From positions 1 through 61,633 of the forward strand of contig JAOUJM010000002.1 in the NCBI GenBank assembly GCA_029883265.1: 61,633 nt of DNA. Direction: 5' to 3'. Both the position numbers and the translations under genes were made by a program. The notes under the pieces were generated by a model. That model did not search any database. It was not told where the DNA came from and was given only the letters and a program-made list of their open reading frames with translations. Origin of the DNA: Gammaproteobacteria bacterium. Its GTDB lineage: Bacteria > Pseudomonadota > Gammaproteobacteria > S012-40. Below, piece by piece: positions 8,588-16,936 of the stretch (positions within the stretch are counted from its first letter, which is position 1; each line of letters begins with the position of its first letter).

Positions 8588-9319
8588 ATGATAGAGGATT
8601 TAAAAAAAATCAGGGATAAGACTGGTCAGCCATTAAATATATGCAAAGAAGCTTATGAGAAGTTTCAAGGCGATGTCACAAAAGCGGTCGCGTCGTTGGT
8701 TTTGAAAAACAAAGTCTATCCTCAGCACCAGGGTTATCGTTTTGATACTTGGGTGAATCTACTGGGTGAGGCAATAGTCACCGGTGTTCTTTCGCAGCTT
8801 CATGAAGGGGAAGTGCTTGTCAGTGTCGATATTGAGCTTGACGGGATATCCTATTGGCCGATGTTTGTTTCGGTTGTTCATCGAGATGGTGAATTTCAAT
8901 TTGAACCGTATGGTTCGTGGGATGCTACGGTTTTTGATATTCCGGACGATGCGGATCAGGATGATCCGGTACTTGATTCTTTTATCAGTCAATCAATTTC
9001 GAATCCGAGTTTTTCGCCCAGTGAATTCACCTTTGGGGATTACTTTAAGCTGCCCGGTGCAGTGTGGCGATATTCCTTGATGCAGCTTGAAGAAGAGGTT
9101 GCGCAGAAGCTGTGCATTGAATTAGGTTTAGAGAAGAGCGGGTTTGATTGCGTTGTGAAAATTGGTGGTGAAATAATTTCGAGAGACAAGGCGATGCTCC
9201 TCGGTATTTTGCAAAGAGAGGTAAAGGCCCAGTTGCAAGACAGGCAATTGCTAAATGCATTTGCAGAGCTTTGCTATGAAGATCCGACTAACCGAGCATG
9301 GTTAGTGAGTCTTTTTTAA
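8588..9319 (+). CDS. Hypothetical protein with an EF-Ts N-terminal (UBA-like) domain
   Basis: 243 aa. Residues 1-40 (IEDLKKIRDKTGQPLNICKEAYEKFQGDVTKAVASL) align by eye to the E. coli EF-Ts N-terminus ([33 protein letters not shown]). I do not recognise the rest. Confidence 0.55.
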   Translation: MIEDLKKIRDKTGQPLNICKEAYEKFQGDVTKAVASLVLKNKVYPQHQGYRFDTWVNLLGEAIVTGVLSQLHEGEVLVSVDIELDGISYWPMFVSVVHRDGEFQFEPYGSWDATVFDIPDDADQDDPVLDSFISQSISNPSFSPSEFTFGDYFKLPGAVWRYSLMQLEEEVAQKLCIELGLEKSGFDCVVKIGGEIISRDKAMLLGILQREVKAQLQDRQLLNAFAELCYEDPTNRAWLVSLF

Positions 9320-9539
9320 AACTCTGCAGCTTCTGAATCCGTGAATACTGATTAGCACGTTGATTACTGAAAAATGAAGGAGAGTGATTGCCGCTTCGCC
9401 TTTCGTTATTCATCAATGCTGATGTGAGTCAGTGTTGGGCTTCTGTTTTTGATGTCTTGCTATGTTGATGTTGAGTGCTCTTGGTTTTTTAGCATAGGAG
9501 AGAATTCGTTGTTCTGTAAAAGATTAATAGGTCAGGCCT

Positions 9540-10898
9540 GTGACTAAATCAGAAAAAGAGTTTAGAATCGTGCTTTATCAGGAGCATATAACAGAAATAG
9601 GTGTTTTGCTCGAAGATCGAGACTCATATTTTTCAGACTCTTCCATATCCTGGTTGGATGTGTCTGAGCTTGAACAACGTATTGAAGCACATTGGGATGC
9701 AATGATGATTGGGCAGGACTTGGCAAAGTCTATCGCCATTGAATTGCTTTCCAGCGGTATCGATGAAGAGCTATCAGGCGCGTGTTATTGTTTGGCATTG
9801 GGTTCCCGCGAAGATGAAGACGAGCTTGTTATTATTGAAAAGCTCGGTCAGGCAGACGATGATCAGATTGAATACTTTCGAAATGCTTTAAAGCATTCGA
9901 TAAGCATGAGCTTAGCAGGTAAGCTGGTTGCCCTGCTGGGCGAAAAAAAACTACCGCTTAAGATAGTGGTTCTGGATATTTTGGGCTATGCATGCAAAGG
10001 TGATCCAAAAAGAATCTGGCCCTTGTTGCATGAAAGTGATCTTGAAGTGCGCCAGGCAACCAGTATTGCAATTTCCCGCTACGCACATAAAGAAACATTA
10101 ACCGCGTTGGAGCCCATCGTTTTAAGCGATGAGGGTAGTAGCAAGGAACTGCTCTTTTCGGGGATTTGGTTGGGTTCTATACAGGCTCTGGATATGCTGC
10201 GCTCAAATTCAGTCAACCCTCAATACTGTCCAGAAAACTATTTGCACTTATTAGCGCTTGTCGGCAGTGAACAGGATTTTCCTGTGATAACAACTGCAAC
10301 AATGAAACCTGAAAAAAAGCTGGAAGCTATAAATGCGATGGGTGTGGTTGGGATGATTGCTGGTATAGAACCACTATTGAACGAATTGAATTGCGACGAT
10401 GAATTGGTTCGATGTGCGGCTGCCCAAGCTCTCCATTTAATGTCCGGTGCTGGGTTATTGGAAAATGTGGTTCAGGTCGAAAATGATGACGAGGAAATCG
10501 ATCCGGAGAGCATATTAAGTGGAATCGATCCTACTGAACAAGACAAAATGCCATCATTGCAAGAGGCAGAAATTCAAATCGAACGCTTGTGTACCCAGCA
10601 CGACGTCTGGGAAGCTTGGTGGCAGGAAAACAAAAATAAATTCGATAACAACATACGCTACCGCTACGGCCAACCTTGGAGCCTCGGTTTGTGCATCGAG
10701 GAAATCGCGCACCCCCATTCAACCATGGGAAATCGGCAGCGCGCCTACTGGGAATTCACCATTCGCTCCGGTGTGCACATACCTTTCGAGCCGGACTGGT
10801 TCATCGATAAACAACTGGACGCGATTGCAAAAATGCGAGCCTGGTGGCAACAGAATCAAGAAGTGTATTCCGGTCAGTGGATGTTTCATGGGAAGTGA
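9540..10898 (+). CDS. HEAT/ARM-repeat protein, TIGR02270-like (equivalent of PA0101)
   Basis: 452 aa with a GTG start. It is a helical-repeat protein that ends the vgrG island, the position held by the TIGR02270 protein in vgrG1b-type clusters. The family call is from memory and context. Confidence 0.5.
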   Translation: MTKSEKEFRIVLYQEHITEIGVLLEDRDSYFSDSSISWLDVSELEQRIEAHWDAMMIGQDLAKSIAIELLSSGIDEELSGACYCLALGSREDEDELVIIEKLGQADDDQIEYFRNALKHSISMSLAGKLVALLGEKKLPLKIVVLDILGYACKGDPKRIWPLLHESDLEVRQATSIAISRYAHKETLTALEPIVLSDEGSSKELLFSGIWLGSIQALDMLRSNSVNPQYCPENYLHLLALVGSEQDFPVITTATMKPEKKLEAINAMGVVGMIAGIEPLLNELNCDDELVRCAAAQALHLMSGAGLLENVVQVENDDEEIDPESILSGIDPTEQDKMPSLQEAEIQIERLCTQHDVWEAWWQENKNKFDNNIRYRYGQPWSLGLCIEEIAHPHSTMGNRQRAYWEFTIRSGVHIPFEPDWFIDKQLDAIAKMRAWWQQNQEVYSGQWMFHGK

Positions 10899-11298
10899 GC
10901 ATGGTTTCTGGAATCGAATGCATAACAAAAATGTCCACGGTATTATCGCTTCAAGCTGTTAACTAGATTGATTTTTCCGCTAAAAAAAGGTGGTCGCAGT
11001 GCAAACTTATCTTAATTATATTCAGCGCTGTTAATCTCTCTTCCTATTGGGAAGATCCGAGGATGGAAGCTGCTAGCCTGTAAAGAGAAAAACTGAGAAC
11101 TTATGTCGTGGACTTATACTTGTTTGGATTGCTCTGTATAGCTAACACTAAGGCGTCACTGGAAAACCGGTCATCGTGAGATGAGAGTAAGGCGGGTACG
11201 TTGAAAGAGCGCGGTTTATACGTTGTAAGAAAAGCATTTTGGGTTTATTGCCAGCGCGGCTATTGCTCGCGAGGTGAAATTTTGCTGCGGCAGCCTAG

Positions 11299-11772
11299 TT
11301 ACTTCCATTCAAATTTTGACCACTGTTTGTTATGAAATTGAGCAGTGAGTTCGATTTTGCGCCAGCTCTGGCTGGGAATAATTTCCTCATTATTTTCTGC
11401 GATTAATTTTTCAATCTTTAATACGGATGTTGCTTGATTGCCAGCATGGGCAATTGAGCTGATCGAGATCTGCACGTGGATATATTCTGAGAATATACTA
11501 TTTAATAATTTGCTCTGGTAGGGGAGTAGGTTTACGTGTTTTGTGATCGCGTCGAGATCCTTTTGGGTGAATGCGTTGGCAACTAATTTTATATGTTGTG
11601 AAAATATCTGGCGCTTGTTTTTAGTTGAGATGGGTTTGGCTTGTGAAATTTTTGTAATTGATTTAAGAATGGTTAATGTCTTGTTTAATACTTGAGTTGC
11701 GGCATAGGCGCTATCTAAGGATTCATAGTAAGCCTTTTTCTGGAAAAGTTTTTTTGATGTGTTTTCTAGCAT
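11299..11772 (-). CDS. Hypothetical protein
   Basis: 157-aa ORF downstream of the kinase on the same strand. No motif recognised. Confidence 0.4.
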   Translation of the reverse strand: MLENTSKKLFQKKAYYESLDSAYAATQVLNKTLTILKSITKISQAKPISTKNKRQIFSQHIKLVANAFTQKDLDAITKHVNLLPYQSKLLNSIFSEYIHVQISISSIAHAGNQATSVLKIEKLIAENNEEIIPSQSWRKIELTAQFHNKQWSKFEWK

Positions 11773-11862
11773 TCTAGCTTTGTTGAGTTGTTCCTCAATG
11801 TTTTTCCACTTGGGTGAAGACTTTGTGCTGATTTTTAGCTCGTCGGTTTTATGGTTTAAGCG

Positions 11863-13246
11863 CTACCAGGTTGCTTCGACTTCCATTAAGCGTTCTTCGG
11901 CTTCCTGTTTGTCGTTTTGTTCTTTTGTAGCAATAAAATTATCTGCGTGTTTGACTAAATTGAGTAAATCCTCATGTGTGCTTTGTAAATGTTGTAGTGA
12001 GAGTTTCAGTGCAGCTATGGCGTCGTTGTATTTGTTTTGACTGGCTAGCAAGTGTGATTGTTTGATAATAATTTTTTCTTCATTATAGTGTTTTTGTAAT
12101 GTGTTGAACTTGTTTTTGAATCCTTTCTCATTGATATTTTTTAACTTAAACGCTTCAAACGCTGATGTGAGTTTTGTTTGAAGTTGCTGGACTTTACCTG
12201 AAATATACTTGAACTCTGAGTGATGCGGTGTCGTCAACTGTGCATCGTTAATAGTCGTTGCAGGTGTTGAGCTCTTGGGTGAGTTTGGTCTGGGGTTGTT
12301 TGTAAGAAATACAGTGATGCTGATGGTTAATATGGCAAATACGAGAGATGATGTAATAATATTTTTGCGTGTGTTTGAGTCGAAATGCCTATTTGCTGAT
12401 TTGGCTTCCTTGGGCGGTTCCGCTTTCTTGGACAAGTCTTGCTTGATTGTGAGCAGCTCATGATGTACGGCTTCCATGGAGTCGATTCGCTGCCCTGGTT
12501 TTTTAAGAACCATTTTTTTACTAGCTTGTGTCGGTGAGGTGGCGCGGACTTTGGAATGTTGACTTGTATTGGGTACGAGTCGTCGGTAATCGCTTGTAAC
12601 AAGGAAACAGCGTTGTAGTCTTGGTAAGGCGTCTCGCCGCTGAGCATCTGGTTCATGACAACGCCGAGTGAATAAATGTCGCAGCGATTGTCGGCTTTGT
12701 TGTTTTTCGTCAGTTCTGGTGCAATATAACGCAAAGAGCCCATTAAGGTTCCCGTTTCAGTTAACTCGGTTCGAGAGTTGTCCATTATTGCGACGACTCC
12801 AAAGTCAATAACTTTTACTTCACCATTTTTACTGATTAAAATGTTTTGTGGTTTAATGTCTCTATGAATCAATTGTGAATTATGTGCATGTGCGAGCGCA
12901 TCACTTATTTGCAGGCAAATATCCACGCAGGCATCAACAGATATTTGTCCTTCTCGCTGTAATTTGGATTTTAAAGATTCGCCGTCTATATAATCCTTAC
13001 TAATGTAGTCAATCCCATCCGCTTCAAAAATTTCATGCATCTTAATAATGTTTTGGTGGTTGCATCGAGCGAGTGACTGGGCTTCACGTAAAAAACGTTC
13101 TCGTATTTTTTCATCCTGATTTTTGGATTGATGAAGTTTTTTTATCGCAACAAGACGATCGAGTGGGATTTCATGTGCCAGTATATACCACGCCAAATCC
13201 CCCTACCGAGTTCTTTGATTGATTCATATTTGTCCGCGATATTCAT
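11863..13246 (-). pseudogene. Hanks-type Ser/Thr protein kinase with a TM segment and coiled-coil ectodomain, broken by two frameshifts (real decay or sequencing error)
   Basis: Three pieces are present. ATG 13246 gives MNIADKYESIKELGRG. The kinase core 12327..13196 carries VAIKKL, HRDIKPQN, DFG and APE. ORF 11863..12513 (MVLKKPGQRIDSMEAVHHEL..., a TM segment, then coiled coil) continues the kinase C-lobe. The breaks fall at C5 13199-13203 and T7 12513-12519 (plus-strand notation). Confidence 0.8.
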
Positions 13247-13404
13247 TGTTGTAAGTCCATTTTCGTGAGTTATTTTTTGCGGTGTAGCGTAACCAACAAA
13301 TTTTCTATATTTAAAAATCAAACCCAGGGCAGCATGTGCATGTTTGCTGATTGCTCAAGGTTTTTGATGGTGAGTAGCAATCGAAAAAATCTGTATCGAT
13401 ACTT

Positions 13405-13935
13405 TCATATTGTTGGGGTGTTGATATCCTGCCATTCCTCATAAATGATTAGCGAAGGCCTTGTTTCTTGAGTATCTTTATAAATCTTGTATTTGAGTGG
13501 TGAGTTACGCCATTTTATGATTCGATTGCCTGCTTGATCAATGGCTTCAAAATAATATTCAAACACTGGGCGCTTGATTTGGCGTATCGCAATACTTGCT
13601 TTGAAGCGATCACTGCTCACCGTGTTGTCAGGTGTCATAACTATTTTTTTAAATGGTGCTCCATCAATAGAAAGATGATGCATATAGACTCCAATTAGTT
13701 TTTTATTGTCATTTGCGGAGACGTAAAAAACTAAGTTGCCTGTGGAGTCTGCTTTGATGTCGTGTTGTTCTTGATGAAATATTTGAGGTGGCTTAATGTC
13801 AGTATTAAAAGTTACATCGGTGTTGGGGCCTGCAAGACTAATTGTGGTTAGGCAGTATAGATTGATTGCTAGCACACCGAGAGCAGGTTTGAGTATTTTG
13901 AATGATTCCCTAATTTTAATTGTTGATTTGTTCAT
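13405..13935 (-). CDS. Hypothetical secreted protein
   Basis: Start moved to ATG 13935, with GGAGAG upstream. N-terminal signal/TM segment ALGVLAINLYCLTTISLAGP. Confidence 0.5.
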   Translation of the reverse strand: MNKSTIKIRESFKILKPALGVLAINLYCLTTISLAGPNTDVTFNTDIKPPQIFHQEQHDIKADSTGNLVFYVSANDNKKLIGVYMHHLSIDGAPFKKIVMTPDNTVSSDRFKASIAIRQIKRPVFEYYFEAIDQAGNRIIKWRNSPLKYKIYKDTQETRPSLIIYEEWQDINTPTI

Positions 13936-14609
13936 TTGATTAGGCTCTCCGGGTTGTCGTCGTATTAATGACGCGGTGTAACTTAAATCCTTATAAGGTA
14001 CCGTAAAAATATAACGCGGCCACATGTGAAAAGACAGTGCTTTTCACTACAATTGATTGAGGTCGCAGTAAGTAATTAAGTAAAAAAGGCCGGAATTTTA
14101 CCCTTTCTCTTGGCATGACGAGAGCTTCAGGCAATCAGGCTTTACCTGTTGCTGATAACATTTTGGTCAAACATCGCGTCTCGGTTATTGCCGCAGCCAA
14201 TGTTTTTGGTAGTCAGCGATAGGGTGTAAGTATTTTTAAATATCAACAATAAGCATTATTAGAGAAACTGTGTTATTGCCTGGACTGTCCGGATCCACGA
14301 GAGCTGAATGAGTTAGGTCTGTGGCACGTGCGTTGGTTCGACAGTCGACAGGATCGCAATTTTTGTTTGAATCATTGCTGGAATTTTCGCCCGAGATGAG
14401 ACTTGCAAGCACTAAGCTATCACGATTGAAGCTTTACCATCATCATCAATGTCTAGTAAAAAATATTGGTACGCAGCTAATAAATTTTTGTTGATTATAG
14501 GTAAGCTGCCCAGAATGTCTGGGTGGTCGTTTCCATGGCAGCCAGTGCCACAAATTTGCACAGTTTAATTGCAACAGTTGTCGTGTGATGGGTCAATGAT
14601 TGAATGATG

Positions 14610-14635
14610 AAAAAAAGGGCCTGCAAGCAGGCCCT
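14610..14635 (-). terminator. Rho-independent terminator of the porin gene
   Basis: On the minus strand this reads AGGGCCTGCTTGCAGGCCCTTTTTTT: a 7-bp GC stem with a 4-nt loop and a T7 run, 28 nt after the stop at 14663. Confidence 0.8.
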
Positions 14636-14662
14636 GTGTATCGGTTTTAAGTCGTCCAGACT

Positions 14663-15319
14663 TTACATCATTGAGAAATCTTTTGAAAAGCTAATCGTTG
14701 CGGTTGGGTTTTTATCTAAACCTGATTCCATATCCGTTGCTGAGATTGAAAAAGAAACATCCATATCAGATAATGATTTGTCGATGCTTACGCCATAATG
14801 CATATAGTCACCGGCGCCACCATCAAAAGAGTATTGGCCGAATACAGCGCCAATGGACAAACCCTCTTTAACTTCATAACCTAAGCCCGCCGTCATGTAG
14901 CTTGTTTTGTTTTCGAAATCCATGAAGTAACCAAAACTTGCAATCGAATAGCTTAAGTTGATGTAGGCTTCAGCAAAATTTGTTGCCGCACCTTCACTTG
15001 GGTAAGCGTACTGTAAATAGCCGACATCAATACCCAAGCCTGCAACTTCTGTGGCAAAACCAGCGTATAAATCAATTTCCGTATCCGGACCTGCAAAGCT
15101 TACATTTGAAACCCATGTGCCAGCGTAAATACCAATACTATGTGAATAATCTACACCACCAGAAATGGCTGCTTGATGATTAGTTTGAGTAGTGCCGCGC
15201 CATAAATAATCAGATGTTGCACCAACATTACCGGCTAGCTCTGCTGAGGCTAGGCTACTCACACCTAAGCCGATGACTGCTGACGTAGTGATGATTAATT
15301 GTTTAAGTTTCTTTGACAT
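14663..15319 (-). CDS. TorF-family (TIGR02001) putative outer-membrane porin
   Basis: 218 aa with a signal peptide. The signature GNVGATSDYLWRGTTQTNHQAAISGGVDYSHSIGIYAGTWVSNV is typical of the family. Confidence 0.8.
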   Translation of the reverse strand: MSKKLKQLIITTSAVIGLGVSSLASAELAGNVGATSDYLWRGTTQTNHQAAISGGVDYSHSIGIYAGTWVSNVSFAGPDTEIDLYAGFATEVAGLGIDVGYLQYAYPSEGAATNFAEAYINLSYSIASFGYFMDFENKTSYMTAGLGYEVKEGLSIGAVFGQYSFDGGAGDYMHYGVSIDKSLSDMDVSFSISATDMESGLDKNPTATISFSKDFSMM

Positions 15320-15733
15320 TTATTTCCCTCAATTTGATTAAAATTTAGTATGTATAACGTGACTGCTTATTAGCAGACTTTGTGCCATAAAAAAACTTTA
15401 ATAAAAATAACAGTCTAACTAATCTGCAGGGCAGTATTGAGCTTCTGGCGCACCAAATTAGAACATTAAAAAGATAATGCGCACTATTGTGGGGGTCTTA
15501 AAATAATCACAATAGCACTGAAGTTTGCAGTAAGTCTTTGATTTGCTTCCGTTGTGCCTTGATTAATCTTAGAAAATTAATTGAGCAAGTCAAATTGGTG
15601 CAGGGTGGATTTTGATATTCCCTAAAAGGTTGCTGATTTTTCTATTTGTTTTGAGTATAGAAACATCACATACATGGTTAGTTTGGTTTCAGTTGATTAC
15701 ACTGCAGTATTTTTTTCAAATAAAGCGAGAATA

Positions 15734-16813
15734 ATGAGTAAAAAATTATTAGTTTGTATTTCCAGTCATGGGTTTGGCCATTTTGCTTTGAGTGCGCCGG
15801 TGCTTAATTCTATTTGTGAACAGCAGCCACAGCTAGAGCTGATTATAGATTGTGGTCACAGCTCAAGTTTGATTAAAAGCAGAGTAAAGGTAGATTTCAC
15901 ACATATTCATAGTCATGATGATTTTGGGTTTGCCATGCATTCAGCATTTACTGTCGATAAAGCCACGAGTCTGAGCAAATATCAGCATTTGTTGGCGAAT
16001 TGGGAAACCTGTTTAGCCAAAGTATCGGCTGAATATGCCGAGATAGAAGCTAATTTAGTCGTAAGCAATATTTCTTTCATTGCGCTGGCAGCGGCGCAAC
16101 GACTAGGTTTGCGCAATATTGCATGCTGTCCCTTAAACTGGGCAGATTTATTCAATTATTTTTTCGCCGCAACAAAAGCAAACCATGAAATATTGCAAAT
16201 CATGCAAAAGGCCTATAACCAAGCCGACGCTTTTTACTGTCCAGAGCCCAGTATGCCAATGCCGCTTATTCAAAATACAAAGCCCGTCGGGCCGATTGCT
16301 TTAGTTGGGGCTAATCGAACAGGAGAATTGCGTCAGCAACTAGCATTGGCTGAAAACACTTTAATCATTTTATTAAGTATGGGTGGTATAGAAACAGAAT
16401 TGGATTTACAAAGTTGGCCATATTTTGAAGGTGTTCACTGGATAGTGAGCGCTAACAAAGAGGTGTCGCGTTGCGATATGAGCGAGCTACATTGCTTGGA
16501 TTTCGATTTCAATACGATTCTTGCAAGCGTTGATGGAATTATGATGAAGCCAGGATATGGCATGGTGGTCGAGAGCGTCTGCAATCAAAAACCAGTGATT
16601 TGTGTGGAACGTCCCGATTGGCCGGAAGCGCCAGCCTTGGTGGCTTGGCTAGAAAAGCATGGACGAGTCTATCATGTTGACCAAGAAGCATTTAGAACGG
16701 CTGATTTTAGCGCGGCACTGAGTTGGTTAAACCAGCAGCCCGCTTTTATTGCACCTACACCTGTGGGTATAAAACAAATGAGTGAACATATTCAGTCGTA
16801 TCTGATCAAATAA
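15734..16813 (+). CDS. GT-B fold glycosyltransferase-like protein (MurG/GT28-like)
   Basis: Start at ATG 15734. N-terminus LLVCISSHGFGHFALSAPVL (G-x-G-H loop). C-terminal KPGYGMVVESVCNQKPVICVERPDWPE resembles the nucleotide-sugar binding half of GT-B enzymes. Confidence 0.5.
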   Translation: MSKKLLVCISSHGFGHFALSAPVLNSICEQQPQLELIIDCGHSSSLIKSRVKVDFTHIHSHDDFGFAMHSAFTVDKATSLSKYQHLLANWETCLAKVSAEYAEIEANLVVSNISFIALAAAQRLGLRNIACCPLNWADLFNYFFAATKANHEILQIMQKAYNQADAFYCPEPSMPMPLIQNTKPVGPIALVGANRTGELRQQLALAENTLIILLSMGGIETELDLQSWPYFEGVHWIVSANKEVSRCDMSELHCLDFDFNTILASVDGIMMKPGYGMVVESVCNQKPVICVERPDWPEAPALVAWLEKHGRVYHVDQEAFRTADFSAALSWLNQQPAFIAPTPVGIKQMSEHIQSYLIK

Positions 16814-16936
16814 CCGTCGAGTAAAGTGTATCTGTAAAGCCTGGCTTAATACTTGAGTAGACAGTGCATGTTATACTTACACAAGCTATAAATAATTAAT
16901 AATCATTCATCAATGTGGGGCCGCAGATAAGCGGTT

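Noticed and set aside
10519-10962. 147-aa ORF overlapping the 3' end of the HEAT-repeat gene in another frame, as a possible frameshift continuation.
   Set aside because: The main frame runs to a natural-looking C-terminus. The alternative product is Arg/Cys/Ser-rich and matches no family, so there is no evidence of a break.
14026-14662. A gene-free gap of about 640 bp. It contains an open frame at 14252..14399 (LCYCLDCPDPRELNELGLWHVRWFDSRQDRNFCLNHCWNFRPR, faintly reminiscent of small C-x-x-C...FC-x-x-x-C zinc-ribbon proteins). It also contains a 35-codon ATG ORF starting at 14115.
   Set aside because: The Cys-rich frame has no ATG, GTG or TTG start and no RBS, and the 35-codon ORF has no RBS or recognisable family. 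They may be remnants of decayed genes, but I cannot support a feature call.
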